Part shown: one piece after another, positions 48,214 to 56,879 of the stretch | How the letters are laid out: every line of letters starts with the position of its first letter | How positions within the stretch are numbered: the stretch's first letter is position 1 | Notes under the pieces: generated by a model | Told to the model about the DNA's origin: nothing | The model's database searches: none | What the model saw: only the letters and a program-made list of their open reading frames with translations | DNA from: Negativicutes bacterium | GTDB lineage: Bacteria; Bacillota; Negativicutes; JAAYSF01 | Assembly (NCBI GenBank): GCA_028707635.1 | Contig: JAQWAQ010000002.1 | Coordinates: 11,802-75,801 of the forward strand | Length of the DNA stretch: 64,000 nt | Direction: 5' to 3' | Translations under genes and position numbers: made by a program

Positions 48214-48759
48214 TCAATTATTCTCTTCCAATTTATTTCTACGTAGTATTTCACGCCAATCACTAAAACTAAATGATGCATTATCTATATTTAGTGGTTT
48301 AAATAAGTCCCGGTATTCTTCTTTAATTAATTCTGGATATTTAAGAAAAAACCACGCATTAAATACCTTAAACTCTGCCGAAACAACATAATTTTTACCT
48401 TCAACTATACTTAAGCAACGAATAGCCTCCCAAATATTAAATTCATTAAGCCCAGTTTCAAAATCAATTAAGAGCTTTCCTTCTTTTAAATCTTTATCGG
48501 CATGCTTAAAGAAGTTCTTTGATTCATTAAGTTTATTGTACAAAAATTTTCGATGTTCTTCTTTTACAAAAACGTTATCGTAATGAAGCGTTAAATAATT
48601 TACTTTAGCATCTGTACTATTAATGTGATCGTTTAGTATCTGGAGAGAAGCACCGACTAATGTATGTATAGAAATTTGATCTCTTTCTTCAAAGAAGAGA
48701 TTAATTGCCTCTATTAACTGTGACCTAGCTGCTCCAACTTTAGTAACCGGAATCTTCAT
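48214..48759 (-). CDS. Hypothetical 181-aa protein, co-operonic with an upstream XRE-HTH gene
   Basis: ATG at 48759 preceded by GGGAGGGAAG, 25 nt after the HTH stop. No domain recognisable by eye. Confidence 0.4.
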   Translation of the reverse strand: MKIPVTKVGAARSQLIEAINLFFEERDQISIHTLVGASLQILNDHINSTDAKVNYLTLHYDNVFVKEEHRKFLYNKLNESKNFFKHADKDLKEGKLLIDFETGLNEFNIWEAIRCLSIVEGKNYVVSAEFKVFNAWFFLKYPELIKEEYRDLFKPLNIDNASFSFSDWREILRRNKLEENN

Positions 48760-48783
48760 ATATTCTTCCCTCCCTCTCCCCGG

Positions 48784-48990
48784 CTACTGCTGGGGGTCTT
48801 TCTTTTTCCAAACGATTTCACAGCCAAGCACATCAGCAATATCCTCGGCCTCCGACAGCCGCAAGGAATCACGCCTAAATTTATTACTCAAACTTTGCAC
48901 AGATACCGGCTTGCCATATTTGACAGTAAGCAATTCGGCAACTTCGGTCATTGTCTTGCCGGACTCTATGATTTTAGCTTTTATATTCAT
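48784..48990 (-). CDS. XRE-family (Cro/CI-type) helix-turn-helix protein, 68 aa
   Basis: ...KTMTEVAELLTVKYGKPVSVQSLSNKF... HTH. GAGGTGG RBS; divergent from a strong plus-strand promoter. Confidence 0.65.
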   Translation of the reverse strand: MNIKAKIIESGKTMTEVAELLTVKYGKPVSVQSLSNKFRRDSLRLSEAEDIADVLGCEIVWKKKDPQQ

Positions 48991-49008
48991 CTTACCACCT
49001 CAATATTA

Positions 49009-49096
49009 TTATACATTTAGTTTTAAATATATTCAACTATATTTAAATAAAAATGTTTAAAATACTATTGACTATTTAAATGTATTCGTTTATAAT
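49009..49096. promoter_or_regulatory. Divergent back-to-back promoters with repeated ATTTAAAT operator-like boxes (switch region)
   Basis: Plus: TTGACT (49068-73), N17, TATAAT (49091-96). Minus: TTGAAT, N17, TATAAT with TG extension (49009-49036). TATTTAAAT-like boxes at about 49022, 49041, 49056 and 49072. Confidence 0.55.
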
Positions 49097-49130
49097 TAAA
49101 TCATAAGATAAATAAACGGAGGCGGTAAGG

Positions 49131-49298
49131 ATGACATTTAAAGAATTTAAAGAACAGCACCCCGGCGGCTACTATTTAAGAGCCGCTGAAGACAAAAGAA
49201 GTTTGTATGGAGATTGCGATAATTTGATTGTTGATAATTATCTTTATCAGCCGTTAAATGGAATCTACACAGTTTACTTGATTGGGAGCATTTGACAA
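49131..49298 (+). CDS. Small hypothetical phage protein (55 aa)
   Basis: ATG after GGAGGCGG, downstream of the strong promoter. Below the ORF-track length cutoff. Confidence 0.4.
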
Positions 49299-49377
49299 AA
49301 ATAGCAGAGTGACGGCCCACCCGGGCCGGTAATGCGGCAAGCGGGGTCACAAGCCCACCGCGAAAGGAGCGAACACA

Positions 49378-49560
49378 ATGAAACTAGAAGGTTACGCCGG
49401 TATATGTACCCACTGCTTCGAGCCGGTCAAGAATGGCGAGGAATACCGATTTCCCGGCAGCACGACGACATTCCACGCTCGCTGTGTAGAGTCGAACCCA
49501 AACAGCTATTATATCCGCAGAGAGCGCCGCCGATCAGCGAAACGTATCGCCAGTAAATAG
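49378..49560 (+). CDS. Small Cys/His zinc-finger-like phage protein with basic tail (60 aa)
   Basis: GAAAGGAG RBS. ...CTHCFEP...FHARC... then RRERRRSAKR. Confidence 0.45.
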   Translation: MKLEGYAGICTHCFEPVKNGEEYRFPGSTTTFHARCVESNPNSYYIRRERRRSAKRIASK

Positions 49561-49629
49561 GCGGTTTTTTTCTGCCTAAATAAAAAAGCCCACCTCCAAC
49601 CGTTACGGCTGAAAGCGGGCTATGCTTGT

Positions 49630-49668
49630 GGTTGTTTCCGTTTTGGAAATAACCACTTTTATTTATCA
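49630..49668 (+). terminator. Intrinsic terminator after the small plus-strand genes
   Basis: GTGGTTGTTTCCGTTTTGGAAATAACCAC plus TTTTATTTATC. Confidence 0.6.
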
Positions 49669-49707
49669 ACAAGTATATGCAGGCTCCCCAGCAGCGCCGG
49701 GCACCAC

Positions 49708-50232
49708 TTAAAATTTATAAACCAATCCAGCACCATAAACATCTTTACCAATCACACCAATAACATTGTCCCGCCCGATCACCGCTGCAGGTCCATGATT
49801 CGTTGCTATACCGCCAATCATGTTTCGTTTCTCTCGAGCCTTGGAGAGTTCGTTCACCATATCGGATACATCTAGTTTCGCTGTGGTATTCTCGCTAATG
49901 ACTAACTTACCTTTTTCGAATTTTTGCGTTTCGCCCGTCAGCGTGTCAAGCTGCGTTTCCTTGCCGTTTACGTTAACAATAATTTTTGCAGGGTCTGATT
50001 TAATCTGCACATCGGTATTTTCGCCCTGCTCTTTGGCAATGTACTCAATAATTTTCTCTGTTTTAACCTCACCAGCAACGTAAATCGGCTTGTCAACCGT
50101 CTGCGTCGTTGCGACAGTTCGCGGAAAGAAAACGTAAGCCACCAGACAGCCCACAATCAATCCAATTATTAATGGTAATACGTTTCGCTTAACAAACGAT
50201 GAAACCCTGTCAGCGTTAATCTGTGGAAGCAT
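49708..50232 (-). CDS. Membrane-anchored hypothetical protein in the lysis cassette (N-terminal TM, 174 aa)
   Basis: Start overlaps the endolysin stop. TM helix VLPLIIGLIVGCLVAYVFF. Confidence 0.45.
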   Translation of the reverse strand: MLPQINADRVSSFVKRNVLPLIIGLIVGCLVAYVFFPRTVATTQTVDKPIYVAGEVKTEKIIEYIAKEQGENTDVQIKSDPAKIIVNVNGKETQLDTLTGETQKFEKGKLVISENTTAKLDVSDMVNELSKAREKRNMIGGIATNHGPAAVIGRDNVIGVIGKDVYGAGLVYKF

Positions 50233-50743
50233 AATCAGTTACCCCCCTTGCAATTGCGGCGGCAAAGTCTCGTTTGTTGTTGATGAGCAATTTTTCGTCA
50301 TCTTCGTTGGAAATAAACGCCAATTCAACCAGTACAGATGGCATATCTGTATTTTTCAGAACGTAAAATCCTGCTTCTTTTACGCCGCGATCCACGACCG
50401 GTAACGAACTGACGATTTGTTTTTGGATACACGTTGCTAATTTTCGTCCCGCTGACGATCCGTAGTAGTGGAATGTTTCTGTTCCACGCGCGTCAGGGTT
50501 AGCCGCCGCATTACAATGGATGCTAACAAATATATCAGATTGATTAAAATTCGCACCACTAACAATTGTCTCGAGTGAGTCGCTCTGACTCACTATAACT
50601 TCATGCCCAGCGGTTTCTAAAAATTCAGCGACCATCAGGCCAACGTCAAAAGCAATGTCTGATTCTCGCGTCCCTGCCGGACTCACCGCTCCGGGGTCGG
50701 GGTCGCCGTTGGGGGCGTGGCCTTGATTGATAAAATCTCTCAT
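50216..50743 (-). CDS. N-acetylmuramoyl-L-alanine amidase (amidase_3 catalytic domain only), phage endolysin
   Basis: ...DIFVSIHCNAA...GTETFHY...VLVELAFISN... amidase_3 signature. No cell-wall-binding module is present. Confidence 0.8.
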   Translation of the reverse strand: MRDFINQGHAPNGDPDPGAVSPAGTRESDIAFDVGLMVAEFLETAGHEVIVSQSDSLETIVSGANFNQSDIFVSIHCNAAANPDARGTETFHYYGSSAGRKLATCIQKQIVSSLPVVDRGVKEAGFYVLKNTDMPSVLVELAFISNEDDEKLLINNKRDFAAAIARGVTDYASTD

Positions 50744-51153
50744 AATTTAACTCCTTTCTCCTCTCTGATTTGGACGAGCTTATCACGCAAAAACGAAGGT
50801 ATATATTCTCCCCAGCCAATGCGGTCAATGTTCTCTAACAAACTTGACAATTCAACAATAGCAAACCCAAGAAAAACAGCAGGCCGCAATAAATGCAAGC
50901 CTGCCGCAGTATCAAACTGATTTGCCAGAATTATAGCCCCAAAGATAGCAACCTTCTTCATCATCCCTTTAAAGCCAATTCGTGAACTTATATTTTTATT
51001 TTTCCACGCGGCGTACATGCCTGTTAAATAATCCAAGCCTGATAGTATCGCCAACGAAATAACCTGTTGATCGATACCACCTATTGCCGTCCCAAACCAT
51101 GCCCCCGCAACAGCTCCTACTGACATTATTTTAATTTCTGTAGTTGTGTACAA
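50740..51153 (-). CDS. Phage holin (holin family 4_1-like, 3 TM)
   Basis: 137 aa starting ...MSVGAVAGAWFGTAIGGIDQQVISLAILSGLDYLTGMYAAW...; directly upstream of the endolysin. Confidence 0.75.
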   Translation of the reverse strand: MYTTTEIKIMSVGAVAGAWFGTAIGGIDQQVISLAILSGLDYLTGMYAAWKNKNISSRIGFKGMMKKVAIFGAIILANQFDTAAGLHLLRPAVFLGFAIVELSSLLENIDRIGWGEYIPSFLRDKLVQIREEKGVKL

Positions 51154-51194
51154 ATTATCCCACCCCCCAATAAAAAATAGAGCCTACTTGGCTC

Positions 51195-51317
51195 CTATTC
51201 TGTAATCAATCTCTCTGCCACTGCCTCCCGATATTCTTCAGGCACATCGGTTTCAAGTACCATCCGGCCAGCTTTGACCAAATAGGCATAGGCTGTTATT
51301 TTCCAAGATATTAGCAT
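51195..51317 (-). CDS. XkdX-like small phage protein (40 aa)
   Basis: MLISWKITAYAYLVKAGRMVLETDVPEEYREAVAERLITE. GGAGGG RBS; below the ORF-track cutoff. Confidence 0.45.
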   Translation of the reverse strand: MLISWKITAYAYLVKAGRMVLETDVPEEYREAVAERLITE

Positions 51318-51318
51318 G

Positions 51319-51552
51319 CTATTTTCCCTCCAATGCATCTAGTTTCGCAGACAAGGTAAGGATTGCCTCCCACATGTCCGCTGTGGATTGGTCTACTGGC
51401 GGCGTGACTACTTCCGGCTCAACCTTTCCCCAAGTCCCATCATCTTTAGCCACATAATCAACACCGGGGCGTTCTGACTGCATCTCAATAAATCCGTCCG
51501 GGCAACTGCCCCCAACCTGCTGAAATGATTCGCCTACTTTCGCATATATCAT
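51319..51552 (-). CDS. Hypothetical small phage protein (XkdW position)
   Basis: 77 aa, tightly packed between the tail fibre and the XkdX-like gene. Confidence 0.4.
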   Translation of the reverse strand: MIYAKVGESFQQVGGSCPDGFIEMQSERPGVDYVAKDDGTWGKVEPEVVTPPVDQSTADMWEAILTLSAKLDALEGK

Positions 51553-52733
51553 GTTATCAGCCCCCTATTTTTCCACACTTTCACACGGCATGGCGCTGAC
51601 TGCAATCCATTGTTATTGCCTGTATCATATTCAACACTGCCGCCGCAATAACTTGCGGAAAAAAATAAGCCTGTTCCTAATGTTCGTACTATTATTTTAC
51701 TGTGATCTGCGTCTGATTGACTCGCCGTGCCTCCATAGGCGTAATTTGTACCACCAGTACTTGCCCTGGTTGAGACATATATAGCAGTCCATTCGCCGTT
51801 AACCTTTAGCTCTAATTGGCAAGTAACATAATAATCGGGAAACGGATTGTCGCATATATATCTTGTATTTGGAGCAACATTTGCAGGACTGGCGGCAGTT
51901 CCTCCGTTGGGGTAGATAAACACAAACCCTGTTTCTGCTGCGTTGAGCTTGTTCGCCACTTCGTTCGCCAGCGTGGTAAATGTCGCAATGGAAACGCAGT
52001 CCTTTATATCCCTTACCCGCCAGCGCACTGTACCGTCTGTGACCTCTTCGCCGACTGCAGGCCATGCTGGTTCTACTGCCGCCGTTGTACCGGCTTGGAT
52101 GCATTCTAGGTATGCGTAGCTGGGTAAAGTTGGCGAATATGCAATGTCGCCGACTGTGTATGTGGTGGTGTTTTGACGTAGATGCAGCAGGTCGGCGTGG
52201 GCTGCTGTGCTGGTGTTGTGGGCGATCATTAATTCGGCGTGGGCATCTTCATCGGTATTGTGCTGCTGTAATATATTAGCCGTTATCAATCCATCCATAG
52301 AAATATTCGCGGTTATAATGGCCGCGTTGGAAAACGCTAAATTAATCACTAACTCCTCTGACACAGCGACCGATCCACCAGCGGCTGGTAGGAAATCGGG
52401 CGCACCATCCGCTGTGTAAGCATAAAGTATTTCACCCAAAACGGGATCTTGAGCAAACACTCCTAACTCACGTACATAAAACCCTGTTTCCAAATCATCG
52501 TTTGTAACTATCCCGAATATCTTACATACACCTGATTCCATCGGCGTTAATGATGATATATCAACAATTTGTTTTGGTGCTACCAGGTCGTTTAGCGTAT
52601 CGACTGTTTGACCGGCCCCTAGGGTACCATCCCCAATTTTCAGCTTTGTAATGTTCATAACTGTACCGGCTTCAACCTTTGCCTGCAAGGCTCTGCCCTT
52701 TGCCGTTAGTACAGTTCCACTCCAATTAGGCAT
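51549..52733 (-). CDS. Phage tail fibre / tail-collar fibre protein (XkdV-like)
   Basis: 394 aa with an N-terminal XkdV-like region (MPNWSGTVLTAKGRALQAKV...) and a divergent C-terminus. Confidence 0.65.
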   Translation of the reverse strand: MPNWSGTVLTAKGRALQAKVEAGTVMNITKLKIGDGTLGAGQTVDTLNDLVAPKQIVDISSLTPMESGVCKIFGIVTNDDLETGFYVRELGVFAQDPVLGEILYAYTADGAPDFLPAAGGSVAVSEELVINLAFSNAAIITANISMDGLITANILQQHNTDEDAHAELMIAHNTSTAAHADLLHLRQNTTTYTVGDIAYSPTLPSYAYLECIQAGTTAAVEPAWPAVGEEVTDGTVRWRVRDIKDCVSIATFTTLANEVANKLNAAETGFVFIYPNGGTAASPANVAPNTRYICDNPFPDYYVTCQLELKVNGEWTAIYVSTRASTGGTNYAYGGTASQSDADHSKIIVRTLGTGLFFSASYCGGSVEYDTGNNNGLQSAPCRVKVWKNRGLIT

Positions 52734-53367
52734 TTATTTCAACTCCTTTAAACTGATAAATCGCGCCGGCAGTATAGACTGTGCCCGTGATTTTCGGTGC
52801 ACGGAATGCCGCTGGCATAATCTCGACTGTACGCATGCTACTGACCGCGCCGCCAGTATAGACTGTGCCGAACATCTCCCGATGAAGCGACAGTCCCTCA
52901 AGCCATGAGCGCGTGTTTTTAACCGTGTCAATGGCTTTTTTCAATCGCGGGTACATCTCGGCAGTTACTTGACCGTTAATTTTAATCACTCGGAAATAAT
53001 ACGGTTCGCCGCCATAGTCAAACCACTCTTGGACTACCGCATCATTTAAAATCGCTTTTACTACCTGTTCAACTGCCCAGGGTGTACCCTTGCGACGGTG
53101 CTGGGCAATTGATGTTTTAACCAGACTCCGTTTTTGCGCCAGGCTGATTCCTGGCTCGTAAAAATCTACATGCCATTGCCAGGCAAGCGCGTCAATTACA
53201 TCCTCGGCCAGCTCGTCAATGCGCGAAATCAATAGCACTATCGGGATTGCCGCTGTAACGGCCTGTAGTTCGCTTTCCAATGCCGCGACAGCGGCCTGAA
53301 CTTCGGGATCATCCCGAATACTAGGAGGAACTAGGTCAATTAACCGAATCGCAGAAATATCAACCAT
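52726..53367 (-). CDS. Phage tail protein, XkdU / P2 gpI-like (DUF2313)
   Basis: 213 aa; synteny after baseplate J. Confidence 0.6.
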   Translation of the reverse strand: MVDISAIRLIDLVPPSIRDDPEVQAAVAALESELQAVTAAIPIVLLISRIDELAEDVIDALAWQWHVDFYEPGISLAQKRSLVKTSIAQHRRKGTPWAVEQVVKAILNDAVVQEWFDYGGEPYYFRVIKINGQVTAEMYPRLKKAIDTVKNTRSWLEGLSLHREMFGTVYTGGAVSSMRTVEIMPAAFRAPKITGTVYTAGAIYQFKGVEINA

Positions 53368-54469
53368 CGGTCAACCCTCCATAGGTAACAGTGGGGTTAT
53401 CAGCTATAGCCACCTGATATTTTTCCAGAGCCGTAAATATCGGCAATGTAACTTCCGCCCGATCGGCGCCGGCAGCGCGTACCCGCCAGATCAGTTCCGA
53501 GGGATTGATATCACGGCCCAGCTTAGATTTTTGCCAGAGTACATAATCGGCAACAGCCTGGGCGACAGCTGTCTGAATCGCAAGGCTGGTCGTGGCATCT
53601 TCATGGCTGATGTAATAAGTCATATTAATGTCATACTCGACAGTTTCAGGCGCAAGCACTGTCACATGATCCGTTAGCGGCCGGACTTTCTTATCGTTAA
53701 CAATATCAAAAACGCTATTAAGCATCTCGGTTCCTGGTATTTCCCCTTCGAATAATAACGGCCGCAACTCTACTTCACCGGCAGCGGGACTGCGTACAGA
53801 TACATCGATGATTGTCTGTGATGCCGACATTGCCCAAAAGCGATATGCCCCATCCGGCCCAGCAACTGAAAACGATTCCGGCGCCTGTCTGATCCGCTCT
53901 CGATAAGCGTCATCCGCTTCCTGATCTGCTCCGCCTGCGCTCTCCGTTATATTTACAACCGACTGAAACCACTGAAATGGATCGACTAATTTATTAATCT
54001 GACCAGGCTGATAGCTGTTACCTTTGGTACCTAACTCAGTGCAGACTGCATCGACATCTATAGTGGTTCCACCACTCACAACTAACACAGCCTTAGTAGT
54101 TGCGAAAAATATGTTATTACCCGGTGTAACCCTAGTCCCTGCTGGAATCGCTACGCCTTGAGGCTGTGCGGCCGAGATAGTAAAACGCAATGTTGTTAGT
54201 GCAGCCGAAGCCGGCAATCTATCTGTACCAACTAACACGCCGATATGGTCCAAAAAATTACCATTGGAATAAGCAAGCAAATTCATTTTTGCGCTGTAGT
54301 CAATAAGCACTCGCTGCTGAACTATAATAGCAGCAACAGATTGTAAAAATAGCCGGACTGGATCACCTGGTGCAAGTGTCCTCCCGGCTATTGCTTCATA
54401 TGTAGTTATTACCGCTGTTTCAATTTCCTGTGTAGACTTTTCCGCGAAATTAATTTCAGGTAGATTCAA
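53360..54469 (-). CDS. Baseplate J-like protein (XkdT)
   Basis: 369 aa with Baseplate_J family features; synteny. Confidence 0.75.
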   Translation of the reverse strand: MNLPEINFAEKSTQEIETAVITTYEAIAGRTLAPGDPVRLFLQSVAAIIVQQRVLIDYSAKMNLLAYSNGNFLDHIGVLVGTDRLPASAALTTLRFTISAAQPQGVAIPAGTRVTPGNNIFFATTKAVLVVSGGTTIDVDAVCTELGTKGNSYQPGQINKLVDPFQWFQSVVNITESAGGADQEADDAYRERIRQAPESFSVAGPDGAYRFWAMSASQTIIDVSVRSPAAGEVELRPLLFEGEIPGTEMLNSVFDIVNDKKVRPLTDHVTVLAPETVEYDINMTYYISHEDATTSLAIQTAVAQAVADYVLWQKSKLGRDINPSELIWRVRAAGADRAEVTLPIFTALEKYQVAIADNPTVTYGGLTDG

Positions 54470-54773
54470 TGATTTTCACCCTCACTTTCGGGATGAGTTT
54501 ACCGTCTATGCCATCGCCTTCATAGGTTACTTTCGTTACTTTAACGCGTGGCTCCCATCGCTGGACGGCTGTAATGATTTCTGATGTTAACTTGGCCTGT
54601 GCAACCGGTATTGGCTCGTCAAGCATTGTTGCTGTAACACCAAACTCACGATTAAGCGGTACTGAAAACTTCGGTGTAGATAAAATAATTCTAACGTTCT
54701 GTATAATCTCTTCAATTACCGTTGGACTAAAGTTAACCCCCGTTGTCTGGTTTAAAGTAATCACGTATTCCAT
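54456..54773 (-). CDS. Baseplate wedge protein, gpW/gp25-like (XkdS-like, DUF2634)
   Basis: 105 aa; position before baseplate J. Confidence 0.6.
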   Translation of the reverse strand: MEYVITLNQTTGVNFSPTVIEEIIQNVRIILSTPKFSVPLNREFGVTATMLDEPIPVAQAKLTSEIITAVQRWEPRVKVTKVTYEGDGIDGKLIPKVRVKIIEST

Positions 54774-54776
54774 ATG

Positions 54777-55178
54777 CTACACCTCCGGTAAGACATACTC
54801 TTTTAGTGCAATATCTACGTTAGCTATTACCAAACGACCGTTGTTATCGATATGCGTCCAATCCTCACTAAGGGATTCAATGAGCCACTCGTTATCAGTG
54901 ATAGGTTGGTCGTTTACTATTAGTTGCGCCGTTATGCCTTGGTCTCGCATATTCCGCAACCTAGCCAATTCGTCCACGGGGGTAATTCCCATAGAAGCAT
55001 CAAGCCGCATTGAAAAAGATATTTGCTCTAAGCCTGGACCGATAAATTCAGTTACCGGCTTTTTCCCAATGATTTCATGAGTTGCTGTTCGTGCCGTTGC
55101 CTGTCGTTTAAATCCATTAAATGTTCGGATTAAATTAGCCGATGTTTCAAATACTACATCTCCATAACTACCTATCAT
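54777..55178 (-). CDS. Phage tail protein, XkdR-like (DUF2577)
   Basis: 133 aa; synteny. Confidence 0.5.
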   Translation of the reverse strand: MIGSYGDVVFETSANLIRTFNGFKRQATARTATHEIIGKKPVTEFIGPGLEQISFSMRLDASMGITPVDELARLRNMRDQGITAQLIVNDQPITDNEWLIESLSEDWTHIDNNGRLVIANVDIALKEYVLPEV

Positions 55179-55190
55179 ATCGGCCCTCCT

Positions 55191-55655
55191 TTACTGCGGT
55201 TTGCCTGTTGCACTGCCAATGCTTTCCGGATGAATGTGGTTAACCAGGCTAATACCATTCACAATTACGTCACCCGTTGCCCCAGTGATGTTAACCGCCC
55301 CCACTGTATTTATAGTGAGCGTACTGGTTTCTCTATCGTATTCGATTGTCGTACCATCTTCAAAGCTCACATGCCGTTTTTTTGCATTGCTAACCGGCGG
55401 GGTGTCGGTCGCAGAATAAAAAGCGCCGAGGCAAAAACCTTGGGCGATTCCGTTCGGTAGGAATAAGCAAACAACATGCTCTCCCGGATCAGGCATGCAG
55501 TAGTCTTTATTTTTTAGAGTTTGCTGTACCAGCACCGGCAAGTCATACGATACTAACCCGCTTTTATCTTCGAATGCTACCCTGACCGTTGCTCGCTCTG
55601 GGTCAATCGATGAAACCCGCCCAACTCTTACTATGTTTTTTAGTACATTACTCAT
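55191..55655 (-). CDS. Baseplate spike / assembly protein V-like (gpV OB-fold)
   Basis: ...VRVGRVSSIDPERATVRVAFED... is typical of the Phage_base_V N-terminus. Confidence 0.65.
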   Translation of the reverse strand: MSNVLKNIVRVGRVSSIDPERATVRVAFEDKSGLVSYDLPVLVQQTLKNKDYCMPDPGEHVVCLFLPNGIAQGFCLGAFYSATDTPPVSNAKKRHVSFEDGTTIEYDRETSTLTINTVGAVNITGATGDVIVNGISLVNHIHPESIGSATGKPQ

Positions 55656-56674
55656 TAGTAACCCTCCAATACCCTGCGCAAATCAATCTGCGTAGTGTAT
55701 CCGCTGCCGCCACTATGACTGGCTTGTTCAGTAAAATACTTACCATCAAACACACCGAAGCCCTCAAGCAGCACTGTTACGCCTCCGACTAAAGCCAGTT
55801 TTCCGAGCAAGGTCATTGACACCTTAACTTCTTCCTTATTTTGCTGCCTCAACCGTTTTTTTGCCAGCTTTTCAGCTTCCTGTACACTAGCTACTTGTTC
55901 ATTAATAACAAGCTTTTTGCCAGTTGCCGGTCTATTTGGAGGGACATACAGATACTCTATATTGTCGTTACTATCAGAATTATGGTATTTGACTAGGCAT
56001 GAAGAGTAGATCTCACGTGTAGCCGATATTGCGCTATATCTTAGAATATTTGTAACTCCTCGCTTGATGGTCATGACCGGCTCAAGCTGTTCGTATTTGC
56101 TATCGTCAAATATTACTATTTGTTGATCAGTGACCTTGAGCGACAGGCCAGCACCATCGCACAGCTTTTGCAAAAATGATAAATCGGACTGCTCTATCTG
56201 CTCAATGCGGTCGTGCCCGGGGTCGTCCTCCGTATCATAAATAAGCTTAAGCCCCGCCCCGCTAGCAATGTCATTCGCAATTACGGATAGCTTAGTCTTT
56301 TCCCATGCCCGGGTTTTAACTTCCCCGCGCAATGATGATGATTCAGGAACGGAAACAGCTTTTATTGTTACTGTTTCCGGAGATCCACTGCATTCGATTT
56401 CATCAATTTCAAATGTACCGCATGGCAGCGTCTCTTCGTTGCCGTTTTGTTCCCAGTTACTTGTGATGATTGATGCCTCTAGGGTGGCACCCTTCTCTGG
56501 AAACCAATCATTTTTCCAGAGCCCCTGTCTATCTTCGAGAGTAATTTGCAGATCATCAGCCTTGCCGCTTGCATTATCGGTGTAACTAAACGAAATCAAA
56601 TACCGCTCTAAATCTTCCGAGATATCAGCATTGTTGTACTTAAGCTGTAATTTTGCTCGGCGAGCTTTCATATT
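55655..56674 (-). CDS. Phage tail protein, late-control-D / XkdQ-like
   Basis: About 340 aa. Start MKARRAKLQ at 56674 overlaps the LysM-like gene stop. The ORF-track start at 56722 is probably an extension. Confidence 0.6.
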   Translation of the reverse strand, partial: NMKARRAKLQLKYNNADISEDLERYLISFSYTDNASGKADDLQITLEDRQGLWKNDWFPEKGATLEASIITSNWEQNGNEETLPCGTFEIDEIECSGSPETVTIKAVSVPESSSLRGEVKTRAWEKTKLSVIANDIASGAGLKLIYDTEDDPGHDRIEQIEQSDLSFLQKLCDGAGLSLKVTDQQIVIFDDSKYEQLEPVMTIKRGVTNILRYSAISATREIYSSCLVKYHNSDSNDNIEYLYVPPNRPATGKKLVINEQVASVQEAEKLAKKRLRQQNKEEVKVSMTLLGKLALVGGVTVLLEGFGVFDGKYFTEQASHSGGSGYTTQIDLRRVLEGY

Positions 56675-56879
56675 AAGCCCTCCGTTTCCATGGCGGCAGT
56701 TTTGTTGGCGATGGTGTTGCAATCTCTGGTACCTTTAGCCGAACATTTGCAGAAAAAAACACCGTCTCGCGGTGTTCAGGGTTAGCATCAATTAACGTGT
56801 TCATATGCATTTCACTACCATACACCTTATATGAAATCATATCCCAAGTGTCTCCCTGGGTTGTTATATACTCACGCAA
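56673..56879 (-). CDS. LysM-like tail protein X (XkdP-like)
   Basis: MREYITTQGDTWDMISYKVYGSE...NVRLKVPEI: LysM-like fold motif. Confidence 0.6.
   Translation of the reverse strand: MREYITTQGDTWDMISYKVYGSEMHMNTLIDANPEHRETVFFSANVRLKVPEIATPSPTKLPPWKRRA

Noticed and set aside
51799-52419. Cys/Arg-rich ORFs inside the tail-fibre gene (51799-52104 minus, 51816-52109 plus, 52064-52279 plus, 52207-52419 plus)
   Set aside because: Off-frame or antisense to the 394-aa tail-fibre ORF. Compositionally implausible.
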